Made by a program: the position numbers and the translations under genes. A stretch of 64,000 nucleotides of DNA, taken from positions 62,001 to 126,000 of IMG/VR virus record IMGVR_UViG_3300020202_000001, one strand, 5' to 3'. The notes under the pieces were generated by a model that made no database searches, was not told the origin of the DNA, and saw only the letters and a program-made list of their open reading frames with translations. The stretch's first letter is position 1; every line of letters starts with the position of its first letter. Shown here piece after piece: positions 18,813 to 29,158 of this stretch.

Positions 18813-20297
18813 ATGGCGAACGACTTTCAAACCCTCGCGGTCAACCAGCTCGCGGCCACCGGCTACGGGGCGGACTACCCGTTCGCCAAGGCACCGCCCG
18901 AGTGGAAGTACATGTTCGGCGACCTGTGGTTCAGCTACCCGGACGACGCGTGCGAGCTGGAGCTGCCGCTCCGCATCGGCGCGATCTCCGACGCCCTGAT
19001 CCCGGGCAACCTGAACCTGGAGATCCGCGACGCCGCCGGCACGACCGTGTTCAACACCGCCGCGGCGACGCGGACGTCCAACGCCTGGGGCAAGAACCTC
19101 GTCACGTACAGCTACAAGCAGGGCGAGTTCAGCCTCCGCCTGACCCAGCGGCTCCAGCCGCCGCCGTGGGAGCCCGACCTGCAGTGGCCCGCCGGCGGCG
19201 TCCTCGGCGAGGAGGGCACGCTCGACGCCCGGACGTACCAGCGGCTCCCGAAGCGGGTCCGCTCGATCGTCGTCGGGCTCACGACGTTCACCGGCAGCGA
19301 CCTCCGGCTCGTCGAGGGCTACAACATGAGCCTGACCACGCCGCCCGTCGCCAACGCGGACGGCGGCCGCCGCGTCAGCCGGGTCATGCTCCGCGCCCGC
19401 CCCGGCGACGGCCTCGGGCGGCCGGACGGGTGCGACGACGCCGAGATCGCCATCCAGCGGATCAACACGGTCCCGCCGACCAAGGGCGGGGACTTCGTCG
19501 TCGACACCGAGGGGTGCTACCGCATCCAGCGGCCGGTCACGGTCACCGGCACGGCCCCCCGCACGGTCGCGGTCGCCGTGCCGGCGGCCCTGCAGATCTT
19601 CAACGACTGCGGCCCGTGCTGCCCGTGCGACGACTTCGTCCGCACCTACGAGGGCATCCGCCGGCTGTTCTACCGCTACCAGACGATGGGCGAGAAGGCG
19701 GAGGCGACCCGCGACACGTTCCTCGACAACATCGAGCGGTGGGAGCTGCAGCGGGCGTGCCGGGAGCTGCAGACGGCCAAGCTCGTGCTCCAGGCCGAGC
19801 GGGGCGGCATCCTGTTCGTCGGCGGCGTCCACTGCAACATGACCAAGTGCTGCTCGGTCCCGCTCCTGCTGCGGACCACGTTCGAGTATTTCCAGAACGG
19901 GTCGCCGGCCGGCGTCCAGCCGACAGAGCTGAAGTGCAAGGAGACCAAGCGGTCCGGCACGGACACGAACTACGACGAGGTCGACTACCAGCCCGTCCAG
20001 AACTGGCCCGTGATCGACCACCCGTTCGGGCTCGCCGACCCGATGGCCCAGAGCCGGTTCCGCACGCGGCTGAAGTTCCCGGCCGGCGGGGCCGACAGCG
20101 TGCGGGTGACGTTCAGCGTCCACATGCCCGACATCTTCGAGGCGGTGTCCGGCGACCGGTGCGCGCTGCCCGTCGTCGAGCCGCCGGCCGAGGTGGCCGC
20201 GATCTGGGCGAGCAAGCCGCCCCCGTTCCCGGCCCGGGCGATCGTCCAGAAAGTGTCGCCGGTGTCGATGACCGCCGGGTGCGGAGCCTGCCCATGA
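18813..20297 (+). CDS. Cys-rich virion protein, paralogue 2
   Basis: YGADYPF near the N-terminus; IQRINTVPP..GDF; NDCGPCCPCDDF followed by a coiled coil. Confidence 0.7.
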   Translation: MANDFQTLAVNQLAATGYGADYPFAKAPPEWKYMFGDLWFSYPDDACELELPLRIGAISDALIPGNLNLEIRDAAGTTVFNTAAATRTSNAWGKNLVTYSYKQGEFSLRLTQRLQPPPWEPDLQWPAGGVLGEEGTLDARTYQRLPKRVRSIVVGLTTFTGSDLRLVEGYNMSLTTPPVANADGGRRVSRVMLRARPGDGLGRPDGCDDAEIAIQRINTVPPTKGGDFVVDTEGCYRIQRPVTVTGTAPRTVAVAVPAALQIFNDCGPCCPCDDFVRTYEGIRRLFYRYQTMGEKAEATRDTFLDNIERWELQRACRELQTAKLVLQAERGGILFVGGVHCNMTKCCSVPLLLRTTFEYFQNGSPAGVQPTELKCKETKRSGTDTNYDEVDYQPVQNWPVIDHPFGLADPMAQSRFRTRLKFPAGGADSVRVTFSVHMPDIFEAVSGDRCALPVVEPPAEVAAIWASKPPPFPARAIVQKVSPVSMTAGCGACP

Positions 20298-22408
20298 GCG
20301 TACGCAACCTCCACTGGTACAACGCCAACGCCACCCGCGGCTACCCGCTGGCCGACCAGGCCACGAGCGTCTCGGCCGGCGGCGTCGCCCTCCCGCCCGG
20401 CGTCCTCGTCGACCTGAACCTGCGGTACCCCCGCACGCTCGGGCCGTACGTCTTCGTCTCGGCCGTGGCCGTGACGCCGACGCTGGTCAGCGTGACGATC
20501 CAGGCCGCCACGGACCCGGACGACCCGAGCACGTACGCCCCGGTCGCCGCCTTCTCCGCCCGCCGCGAGACGGTCGAGGAGCGGCGGCAGTACGCCCTGC
20601 AGCCTCAGTACCCCGGCGTCGGCGGGTGGGTCGTGTTCGGCTCCGGGATCGACGAGCCCTACACCGGCCGGTTCGACGCCCGGGGCGGCCTGCTCGCGCC
20701 GCGAGCCGCACGCGGGTACCGCCCGCTGCCGGTGACGAGCCTCGGGCTGCTGCACGACGCGACCCCGCTGACCGGGATCGTGAACGTCCGGGGCGAGCAG
20801 CCGGTCGAGGTGTCGCGGGGCGAGCGGGAGATCGCCGGCATCCTGCGGGACGTGGTCGTGATCGGGCTCGTGCAGCCGACCGCCGACGCCACGCTGCTGA
20901 CCGAGCAGCAGAGCGTGTTCGAGCGGTTCGCCGGCCCGTGCGGCAAGCGGCCGGAGAGCGGCAACTGCGGCGACCGGGCTCCGGTCGAGTTCATCAACGC
21001 CGTCCCGCCGAACTGCGAGGGGAAGATCTTCATCGAGTTCCGCGGGTGCGCGAGGATCGCCCGGGTGACCGGGGAGTGCGGCATCGTCATCGACTGCGGC
21101 CTCGGGCTGATCGACGCGTGCGTGACCGACCAGCTCCCCGAGCCGACCGGCAAGCTGGAGAACGAGTACCCCGACGAGTGCATCGAGAGCGAGAGCGAGG
21201 ACCCGGTCGTGTCCGAGAGCGTCGGCCCCCAGCCGCCGTACATCTCCGAGGAGTCGGACTCGGCCCCGGTGCCCGGCGTCTACCCGTACGTCGACACGTT
21301 CGACGACGGCACGGCGTCCGGGTGGGAGACCGTCGCCGGCACGTTCTCGTTCGTCACGAACGACAGCCCCAGCCAGCCGGCGGACGGGGTGAAGTTCCTC
21401 GGGCAGGACAACGCCACGCAGGGCAACTGGGTCGGGACGTACGGGGCGGACGGCAACGTCATCGCCACGCACACGAACAGCCCGCCGGCCGGCACGACCG
21501 TGAGCGTGACCGGGAACTTCGTCTTCAACGGCTGGCCGGACGACGCCGGCGACCCCCGGCTCCTGCAGTTCGGCGTCGGCCGCGTCGCGGACGTCTGGTA
21601 CACCACGGGCGGCCCCGGCACGGCCTTCGACGTCAGCGTCACCGTGGCGGCCGGGCAGAAGAAGGCCGCGTCGCTCTACTTCTGCGACTACGACGCGTGC
21701 GCGACGTTCACGCCCCGGTCGCTCACCGTCGAGCTGCGGGACGCGGCGACCAACGCCGTCCTCGACACCCGGAGCGTCGCGAACTACCAGAACGGCGTGT
21801 GGCTGCGGTGGCAGATCTCCGGGGCGGTCAAGTTCCGCGTCATCTGCACCGCCGCGTGCAACGCCGTGATGAACGGCATCTTCTTCGACCCGGCCGTCCG
21901 CCGGAGCCGGAGCACGGCGGGCGGGGCGTCGGACCGGAACGTGACGCTATACCGCGGGTTCGAGTCGGCGGCGGTCGGCAAGAAGTACCGGACGGCCGTG
22001 CGGCTGCGGAGCGGCGGGTCGCGGCGGAACGCCGGCCTGGTCCTGAACTACCGGCCCGCACCGGACTTCAGCGGCCGGTCCGTCTACCACGTCGCCGAGA
22101 TCGACTACGACTCCCAGCAGTTCCGCATCAGCTACTTCAACGGGGCGAAGCTGCTGCCGACCGCCGCCGTCGCCCAGCTGACGAACCTGCAGCTCGACCG
22201 CTGGTACCAGCTCGACGTGGAGACGGCGACGTCGGGCGGCTTCGTGGAGATCTCCGCGACGCTGACGTCGCTGGAGGGCCTCGGAGCCGGCCTGATGGCG
22301 TCGCTGTCGCTGGAGACGTCCCAGTACACCCCGGACACGGGCAAGGTCGGGTTCCACGCGGACCGGGCGGTGTCCGAGTTCTCGTACCTCAAAATCGAAG
22401 AGGCGTAA
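20294..22408 (+). CDS. Cys-rich virion protein, paralogue 3, with C-terminal ConA/LamG-like beta-sandwich and an inserted domain
   Basis: True start ATG 20294 (ATGA overlap); WYNANATRGYPL; FINAVPPNCEG; C-terminal DTFDDGTASGW...NAGLVLNY...RWYQLDVE...GKVGF. Confidence 0.7.
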   Translation: MSVRNLHWYNANATRGYPLADQATSVSAGGVALPPGVLVDLNLRYPRTLGPYVFVSAVAVTPTLVSVTIQAATDPDDPSTYAPVAAFSARRETVEERRQYALQPQYPGVGGWVVFGSGIDEPYTGRFDARGGLLAPRAARGYRPLPVTSLGLLHDATPLTGIVNVRGEQPVEVSRGEREIAGILRDVVVIGLVQPTADATLLTEQQSVFERFAGPCGKRPESGNCGDRAPVEFINAVPPNCEGKIFIEFRGCARIARVTGECGIVIDCGLGLIDACVTDQLPEPTGKLENEYPDECIESESEDPVVSESVGPQPPYISEESDSAPVPGVYPYVDTFDDGTASGWETVAGTFSFVTNDSPSQPADGVKFLGQDNATQGNWVGTYGADGNVIATHTNSPPAGTTVSVTGNFVFNGWPDDAGDPRLLQFGVGRVADVWYTTGGPGTAFDVSVTVAAGQKKAASLYFCDYDACATFTPRSLTVELRDAATNAVLDTRSVANYQNGVWLRWQISGAVKFRVICTAACNAVMNGIFFDPAVRRSRSTAGGASDRNVTLYRGFESAAVGKKYRTAVRLRSGGSRRNAGLVLNYRPAPDFSGRSVYHVAEIDYDSQQFRISYFNGAKLLPTAAVAQLTNLQLDRWYQLDVETATSGGFVEISATLTSLEGLGAGLMASLSLETSQYTPDTGKVGFHADRAVSEFSYLKIEEA

Positions 22409-22409
22409 C

Positions 22410-23237
22410 GTGGCAGAACGCATCCAGTTCCCCCAGTGGCGGGCCGAGCACGAGCCGACGCGGTACCCGTTCGCCTCGGAGGCCACGCTGACCAACGGCG
22501 AGCAGTTCCTGCCCGCCGGCACGCTGCTGGACGCCTGCCTGTACCCGATCGGCGGCGGGGCGGACCTGTACCTGTCGGCCGTCGTCGTCGACCACGACCG
22601 GGTCACGGTCTTCTTCGGCGACGCGGCGGACGCCCGCCTGTGCTCCGGGTCGTTCGACCTGGTCTCGCCGCCGGACACGGTCCCGCTGGTCGACGCGTTC
22701 GGGCGGTCGGCCGGGCTGCTGGTCAGCGAGTCGTCCCGGCTCGGGCTGTTCGGGGCGTGGGGCCTCGGGACGTTCGCGTTCGAGGCCGAGCAGACGCCGC
22801 TGGCCGCGACCGTGTGCTTCCCACAGCCGGCGGTCGGCGTGCGGGGCATCCGCGTCCCGGACGGCACGGTCCTGACCGGCGACGTGTGGTTCGTCGGCGA
22901 GGACGGCGTCGTGCTCCGCAAGGAGACGGTCGAGGTCCCGCCCGAGAGGTGCGGCCCGGCCAGGGCGTACACGGTGATCCGCGTCGACGTCGTGGGCGAC
23001 CCGCTGTTCCGCCGCCGGCTGTGCACGCCGACCGACCTGTTCGAGACGCCGCGGTACGTCCAGTCGATCGTATTCAGCGACGGCCGCCAGGTGGTCGAGT
23101 GCGGCCCCGGCCCGTACGGCGACGTGAAGGTCACGGTGAACAACGACCTCGCGGCCGACACGGTGCTCCGCGTCCACCCGACCGAGGCGGGGACGAAGAT
23201 CGGCGTGGTCGGGTCGCTGATGAAGAGCGTGCGGTGA
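22410..23237 (+). CDS. Virion protein, paralogue 4
   Basis: QWRAEHEPTRYPF N-terminus; tight operon packing. Confidence 0.65.
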   Translation: MAERIQFPQWRAEHEPTRYPFASEATLTNGEQFLPAGTLLDACLYPIGGGADLYLSAVVVDHDRVTVFFGDAADARLCSGSFDLVSPPDTVPLVDAFGRSAGLLVSESSRLGLFGAWGLGTFAFEAEQTPLAATVCFPQPAVGVRGIRVPDGTVLTGDVWFVGEDGVVLRKETVEVPPERCGPARAYTVIRVDVVGDPLFRRRLCTPTDLFETPRYVQSIVFSDGRQVVECGPGPYGDVKVTVNNDLAADTVLRVHPTEAGTKIGVVGSLMKSVR

Positions 23238-23257
23238 TCTAAAAACCGGATTTTGAA
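23238..23257. promoter_or_regulatory. Dispersed palindrome, copy 4 (TCTAAAAACCGGATTTTGAA)
   Basis: Fills almost the whole 22-nt gap between TGA 23237 and ATG 23260. Confidence 0.8.
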
Positions 23258-23259
23258 TC

Positions 23260-24696
23260 ATGGCCAAGCCAGGCTTCTACAACGACAACCGCAACCGGGC
23301 CTTCCCGTTCGTGAAGGGCACGGTCGGGGACCTGTTGGCCGCCGCGGACACGGTTGCCGCCCTGCCGGCCGCCACGGTCGTCGACGCCGGGTTCGTCCTC
23401 GGCCTGCGGTCCGGGTTCATCGACGGCGTCCACAAGATCCGGCTGGAGAAGGTCCGCCGCGTCGGCGACGACGTGTACTTCGACTTCGCCTCCGACGCGC
23501 CGGCGCTGGTCGGCAAGCCGCTCACGTTCCACCGGTCGGCCGCGTCGGCCGAGGAGTACGAGACCGAGCACGTCGAGGTGCTGGACGAGGGGTACGTGAT
23601 CGTCAGCGCGGTGTCCCAGTCGGTCAGCGAGGGCGACCCGACGCCGGTCAACTGCGGGTGCATCCAGCTCGGCAAGAGCGGCAGCTTCGTCCCGAGCTGC
23701 ACGGGCACGATGCGGCTGTTCCTGAACGACGACAACTTCGCGGACAACAAGGGGTCGTTCACCGTCACGATCAACGGCGAGACGTTCGTCGTCCCGTCGA
23801 CCGAGCCGAACGGCGTGCCCGGCCCCGACGTCATCGCCGGCCAGACGTACGCCTACACGGCCAGCGGGCTCGTGGAGTTCGACGAGCGGCAGGGCGTGAA
23901 GCGGATGTGCGACCCGGACGGGCCGACGAGCGAGTCGATCAAGTACGGCATCCCCGGCGAGCACCCGTGCCCCGGGCTGGTCGAGTGGTCGCTGGTCGGG
24001 AAGCTGACCGGCAGCCCGGTCGTGACCCCGCCGCCGCCCACGACCACGCCGTCCGAGACGTGCGAGGGCGAGCCCCTGTGGGGCGGGTACCTCGTGACCG
24101 GCCGGCTGGCGGACCTCCTGACCGTGCTCCCGGGCGACGGGGAGGTGACCGGGGCGGTCGGGGCGGGCCTGGTCGAGCCCGCGCTGGTCCAGAACGACGC
24201 CAACTCGTACATCGGCAGCGTGAACGTCGGCAACGCGGACCGCACGCGGGTGGACGCTCCCGGCGACTGCCCGCCGTTGACCTGGCCCCACGACACCGGC
24301 GAAGATGTGATCTTCGTCAACGCGAGCTGCCTGCGGGGCGACATCCGGTTCAAGCCCGGGTACAACGCGATCGTCCGGCAGGAGTCGGACACGAACCTGC
24401 TGATCTTCGGTGCCGAGGTCGGGGCCGGCGAGGGCCAGCCGTGCGACCAGGTGCCGCTGTTCGACGGGGAGGTGCCGCCGGCCGGGAGCGCCCTGCTGGA
24501 GGGCGGCCCCCGGTGCAACGAGGTGATCCGCTCGATCAACGGCGTGGGCGGCAAGTTCGCCGCGCTGCTGGGCGGGACGGGCGTCACCGTGACGCAGCTG
24601 CCGGCGTCGAACAAGGTCGTCGTCGACGTGAACATGGGCGGGCTTGCGGCGTGCTTCGCGTCGAGCGAGTTCTCGGAAGTGTCGGAAACGCTGTAG
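23260..24696 (+). CDS. Virion protein, paralogue 5, with a lectin-like insert
   Basis: [13 protein letters not shown]-terminus; [20 protein letters not shown]; [14 protein letters not shown]. Confidence 0.65.
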   Translation: MAKPGFYNDNRNRAFPFVKGTVGDLLAAADTVAALPAATVVDAGFVLGLRSGFIDGVHKIRLEKVRRVGDDVYFDFASDAPALVGKPLTFHRSAASAEEYETEHVEVLDEGYVIVSAVSQSVSEGDPTPVNCGCIQLGKSGSFVPSCTGTMRLFLNDDNFADNKGSFTVTINGETFVVPSTEPNGVPGPDVIAGQTYAYTASGLVEFDERQGVKRMCDPDGPTSESIKYGIPGEHPCPGLVEWSLVGKLTGSPVVTPPPPTTTPSETCEGEPLWGGYLVTGRLADLLTVLPGDGEVTGAVGAGLVEPALVQNDANSYIGSVNVGNADRTRVDAPGDCPPLTWPHDTGEDVIFVNASCLRGDIRFKPGYNAIVRQESDTNLLIFGAEVGAGEGQPCDQVPLFDGEVPPAGSALLEGGPRCNEVIRSINGVGGKFAALLGGTGVTVTQLPASNKVVVDVNMGGLAACFASSEFSEVSETL

Positions 24697-24745
24697 TACC
24701 ACCGGCGGCCAAGGACGGCCGTCGCACCAGACACGGAGGTCTGTC

Positions 24746-27700
24746 ATGCCGGTCCCCTGCACGGGCTCCACGCCCGGCGTCTTCACGCCGAGCGGCACGG
24801 TCCACACGATCGAGACCGACATCACGAAGGGCACCCCCGTGTACTTCGCCGGGGGCATGTCGTTCCCCGCCGGCCGGTACCGGATCAAGTACCTCCGCGG
24901 CTGCCTGAAGTTCCGCCACGACTTCGACTGGGGCGTCGACACGACGTTCAAGGTCAGCGTCGACCCCGGCAGCGGGGCCACGGACATCGGCCAGGCCCCG
25001 GGCGTCGAGAACCGGCTGCCGAAGGTGAACCACCAGGGCGACGGGTCCAACCCGAACGCCAAGATCCGCGGCAAGGGCTGGCCGACGAAGGGCGAGGCCG
25101 AGGCGGCCAACCAGAACGCCCCGCCGTTCGAGTTCAACCACGGCGGCGGCAAGATCGGCGTGCGGCTGGCCGACAGCCCGTACTCGGACAACATCAGCGG
25201 CAAGCCGAGCCCGAAGTACACGCTCCAGCTCCTGGAGCCGTGCACGGTCCCGATCCCGCCCGGCGTCCCGCCCGAGACGCCCGAGGTCACGATCGTCACC
25301 TACCCGCCCACGCCGGAGGCGTTCCCCCGCGCCCGCGTGAAGTGCGGCGTGCCCGAGGTGCCGGGCATCCCCCAGCTGCCGATCATCAACGTCTGCATCG
25401 TGCCGCCCGCCCCGCAGCCGATCCTGGCGTGCCCGGAGCCGGTGGTGAACATCCCGCCGCCCGAGCAGGCGATCCCGTGCCCGCAGATCCAGGTCGGGGC
25501 GTCGTTCGAGGTGAAGGTCGGGCCGCCGTCCGTCACGCTGACCACGACCTCGACCAACACGACCGACGCGTGCGGCGACGCGACGTGCGGCACGCAGATG
25601 CACTTCGCGTTCCAGCTGCCGCCGACGCCGCAGATCCCCTGCCCGCAGATCACCGTGCAGTCCCAGACGACGGTGACGCCGGGCAACCCCGACGCCACGG
25701 TCACGGTGGAGACGCTCCCGGGCGGCCCGCCGGACCCGTGCCGGTTCAAGTTCAACTTCGCGTTCCAGCTCCCCCCGCCGCCGCCGTGCCCGCAGATCGA
25801 GGCGGAGTACACGTCGACGACGACCGAGGGCGACCCGTCCGCGAGCGTGACGGTCACGAAGACCGCGGACGACCCGTGCCGCTACCTGTTCAACTTCGCG
25901 TTCCAGATGCCGCCCGCCCCGCAGTGCCCGGAGATCGAGGCCGAGGCCACGACCACGGTCACCGAGGGCAGCCCGTCCGCGAGCGTCGAGGTCACGAAGG
26001 AGAGCGATGACCCGTGTAAGTACAAGTTCGCGTTCGCGTTCCAACTTCCACCGGCCCCTCAAGTTCCCTGCCCGCAAATCGAGGCTACATCTACCACGAC
26101 GGTCACCGAGGGCAGCCCCTCCGCCAGCGTCGAGGTGACCAAGGAGTCGGACAACCCGTGCTCCTACAAGTTCTCGTTCGCGTTCCAGCTTCCGCCCGCC
26201 CCGCAGGCACCGCAGTGCCCGACGATCACGGGCAGCGCGTCGGCGACCAGCACCGAGGGCGAGGCCAGCGCCAGCCTCGACGTGCAGAAGACGGGCGACG
26301 ACCCCTGCGCGTACAGCTTCACGTTCGCGTTCCAGGTCCCCAAGGGGCCGCAGGGGCCGTACGGCCCGACCGGGCCGTGCCCCCAGGTGACGGCGTCGGC
26401 GTCGGCGACCACCACGGAGGGCGACGCAGCCAGCGCCTCCGTCGAGGTCAGCGAGCAGTCCGGCTGCCACAAGGTGTTCACGTTCGCGTTCCAGCTCCCC
26501 AAGGGGCCGCAGGGTCCGCAGGGGCCGACCGGCCCGCAGGGGCCGCGCGGGTACCAGGGTCCGCAGGGTCCGACCGGCCCGCAGGGCAGCACCGGGCCGC
26601 AGGGGCCGACCGGCCCGCAAGGCATGACGGGGGCACAGGGTCCTCAGGGGCGTACCGGCCCGCAGGGTCCGACCGGCCCGCAGGGGGCGGACGGCGTCTG
26701 CCCGCAGTGCCCGCCCGGCGCTCAGGGTCCGACCGGGCCACAGGGTCCGACCGGCCCGATGGGTGCTCAGGGTGCCGTGGGCGCTCAAGGTGCCCCCGGC
26801 CCGCAGGGTGCCACGGGGGCGACCGGGGCGACCGGCCCGCAAGGCCCGACCGGGCCGACCGGCGCGACCGGTGCGACCGGCGACACGCCCGACGTCGGCT
26901 TCGCAACCACCGCCAACGCACTGCCGCACGGCTCGCCGCCGACCGCAGACGTCATCCCGTTCAGCGGCGGGCCGCAGAACCCGGTCTTCCTCATCACGTT
27001 CGGCATCCCCGAAGGTGCCCAAGGCGCGACCGGCCCCCAAGGCCCGACCGGCCCGCAAGGCACGACCGGGGCGACAGGGGCCACCGGCGACACGGGACCG
27101 CAGGGTCCGACCGGCCCGACCGGTGCGACCGGCGACGTCGGTCCCCAAGGGCCGACCGGCCCGCAAGGAGCTACCGGCGCGACGGGTGCTACGGGCGAAG
27201 TTGGGCCACAGGGTCCGACCGGCGCTACGGGTGCGACCGGTGATGTCGGTCCGCAGGGTCCGACCGGCCCGCAGGGAGCCACTGGCGCGACGGGTGCCAC
27301 GGGCGAGATCGGACCTCAAGGCTCGACGGGTGCCACCGGCCCGCAAGGCCCCACGGGTCCGACCGGCGCGACGGGTGCCACGCCCGAGATGGCCCTGACC
27401 TCGACGGCGAACACGCTGCCGGCCGGGTCGGCGGCGACGGCCACCGTCTCGCAGACGGCCGGCGGGCCGCAGAACCCGACGTTCGAGTTCACCTTCGGCA
27501 TCCCCGAGGGTGCCGCCGGGGCGACGGGCTCCCAAGGTTCCACCGGCCCGCAAGGTCCCACGGGTCCGACCGGCGGCACGGGCGACATGGGTCCGCAGGG
27601 ACCGACCGGTGCCACCGGCGCTCAAGGGGCGACGGGGCCACAGGGTCCGACCGGCCCGCAGGGTGCGACCGGGGCGACGGGTTCGATGGGTCCGCAGGGT

Positions 27701-29158
27701 CCGACCGGGCCGACCGGGCCGACCGGCGCGAACGGTGCTGACGGCGCTGTCGGACCGCAAGGCCCGACCGGCCCGCAAGGAGCGACCGGCGCAACGGGCG
27801 AGACGGGGCCAGCCGGCCCGGCTTCGGTCGGCGAGACCGGCCCGCAAGGCCCGGCAGGCGCGACGGGTGCCACCGGCGCTCAGGGCAGCGTGGGTGCAAC
27901 GGGTCCGCAGGGACCGACCGGTGCCACCGGCTCGACGGGCTCGCAAGGGCCGATCGGGCCGACCGGGTTCCAGGGCGGCACCGGCGCTTCCGGCCCGCAA
28001 GGCCCCACCGGTGCCACCGGTGCCACGGGTGCCCAAGGCCAGAACGGCTCGACCGGGCCGCAGGGTCCGACCGGAGCAACGGGCGCGACCGGGCTCCAGG
28101 GTCCGACCGGCCCGAGCGGGCAACAGGGCTCGCAGGGTTACCAGGGTCCGACCGGTCCGGTCGGCCCGCAGGGCAGCACGGGTGCCACCGGCGCGACCGG
28201 TGCCCAAGGCCAGAACGGCTCGACAGGTCCGCAAGGCCCCACCGGCCCGAGCGGCCAGCAGGGATCGCAAGGCGTCCAAGGTCCGGCGGGTCCGACCGGG
28301 CCGCAGGGTGCCACCGGTGCGACCGGCGCGACCGGACCGCAGGGTTCGCCGGGTGCCACCGGCCCACAGGGTCCGACCGGGGCGACCGGCCAGACGGGTC
28401 CCCAAGGCCCGATGGGTCCCACCGGTTACCAGGGCGGCATGGGGGCGACGGGTGCCACCGGCGCGCAGGGTCCGATGGGCTACACCGGAAGCACCGGCGC
28501 TCAGGGTCCGGTGGGGCCGAGCGGTGCTCAGGGTCCGATGGGCTACACCGGCAGCACCGGGGCTCAAGGCCCGATGGGGCCGAGCGGCTACAACGGCAGC
28601 GACGGGCCGCAGGGTCCGATGGGGCCGAGCGGCCAGCAAGGGCCGCAGGGCCAGCAGGGCATGATCGGGCCGCAGGGTCCGACCGGCTCGACCGGCAGCA
28701 ACGGCGCGGACGGCCCGCAGGGGCCGAGCGGTCCGACCGGCCCGCAGGGCGGCAAGACGGCGATCGTCGCGATCGACGGCAAGTACCGCGGCCTGTTCTG
28801 CACGGAAGGCCCGGAGGTCTGGTTCCAGGACTTCGTGGACGTCGAGGTCGAGATCGACGAGTGCGGGTGCGGCACGACGCGGCACCCGATCGACCCGCTG
28901 TTCATCAAGGCGTGCGAGCCGGGCTCGATCCGCGTCGCGTCCCACGCCGTCGACGCGCTCGGGCTGTCGTGCTCGTTCCTCGACGGCGGCGTGATCGTCG
29001 TCGCGGTGAACGAGGCGGTCGGTGCCAAGCGGGCGACGGCCGTCGTCGGCCTGGTCGGCGTCCGCAAGGGCTTCGCCAAGGTCCGGTTCCCCGAGTACAG
29101 CGAGGCCCAGTTCAAGGCGAACACCGCCTTCTACCAGTCGGCGTACACCCATGGCTAA
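24746..29158 (+). CDS. Collagen-like fibre protein (1470 aa)
   Basis: Start ATG 24746 with GGAGG SD; N-terminal globular domain, seven Cys-paired repeats, long Gly-X-Y region, C-terminal [14 protein letters not shown] domain. Confidence 0.85.
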   Translation: MPVPCTGSTPGVFTPSGTVHTIETDITKGTPVYFAGGMSFPAGRYRIKYLRGCLKFRHDFDWGVDTTFKVSVDPGSGATDIGQAPGVENRLPKVNHQGDGSNPNAKIRGKGWPTKGEAEAANQNAPPFEFNHGGGKIGVRLADSPYSDNISGKPSPKYTLQLLEPCTVPIPPGVPPETPEVTIVTYPPTPEAFPRARVKCGVPEVPGIPQLPIINVCIVPPAPQPILACPEPVVNIPPPEQAIPCPQIQVGASFEVKVGPPSVTLTTTSTNTTDACGDATCGTQMHFAFQLPPTPQIPCPQITVQSQTTVTPGNPDATVTVETLPGGPPDPCRFKFNFAFQLPPPPPCPQIEAEYTSTTTEGDPSASVTVTKTADDPCRYLFNFAFQMPPAPQCPEIEAEATTTVTEGSPSASVEVTKESDDPCKYKFAFAFQLPPAPQVPCPQIEATSTTTVTEGSPSASVEVTKESDNPCSYKFSFAFQLPPAPQAPQCPTITGSASATSTEGEASASLDVQKTGDDPCAYSFTFAFQVPKGPQGPYGPTGPCPQVTASASATTTEGDAASASVEVSEQSGCHKVFTFAFQLPKGPQGPQGPTGPQGPRGYQGPQGPTGPQGSTGPQGPTGPQGMTGAQGPQGRTGPQGPTGPQGADGVCPQCPPGAQGPTGPQGPTGPMGAQGAVGAQGAPGPQGATGATGATGPQGPTGPTGATGATGDTPDVGFATTANALPHGSPPTADVIPFSGGPQNPVFLITFGIPEGAQGATGPQGPTGPQGTTGATGATGDTGPQGPTGPTGATGDVGPQGPTGPQGATGATGATGEVGPQGPTGATGATGDVGPQGPTGPQGATGATGATGEIGPQGSTGATGPQGPTGPTGATGATPEMALTSTANTLPAGSAATATVSQTAGGPQNPTFEFTFGIPEGAAGATGSQGSTGPQGPTGPTGGTGDMGPQGPTGATGAQGATGPQGPTGPQGATGATGSMGPQGPTGPTGPTGANGADGAVGPQGPTGPQGATGATGETGPAGPASVGETGPQGPAGATGATGAQGSVGATGPQGPTGATGSTGSQGPIGPTGFQGGTGASGPQGPTGATGATGAQGQNGSTGPQGPTGATGATGLQGPTGPSGQQGSQGYQGPTGPVGPQGSTGATGATGAQGQNGSTGPQGPTGPSGQQGSQGVQGPAGPTGPQGATGATGATGPQGSPGATGPQGPTGATGQTGPQGPMGPTGYQGGMGATGATGAQGPMGYTGSTGAQGPVGPSGAQGPMGYTGSTGAQGPMGPSGYNGSDGPQGPMGPSGQQGPQGQQGMIGPQGPTGSTGSNGADGPQGPSGPTGPQGGKTAIVAIDGKYRGLFCTEGPEVWFQDFVDVEVEIDECGCGTTRHPIDPLFIKACEPGSIRVASHAVDALGLSCSFLDGGVIVVAVNEAVGAKRATAVVGLVGVRKGFAKVRFPEYSEAQFKANTAFYQSAYTHG
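25472..26500 (+). repeat. Seven ~45-aa repeats CPxI...EGxxSASVxV...DPCxYxFxFAFQxP
   Basis: Counted directly in the translation. Confidence 0.85.
26504..28750 (+). repeat. Gly-X-Y collagen repeats (GPQ, GPT, GAT dominant), about 215-220 triplets with two ~44-aa interruptions
   Basis: Seen directly in the translation. Confidence 0.95.
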
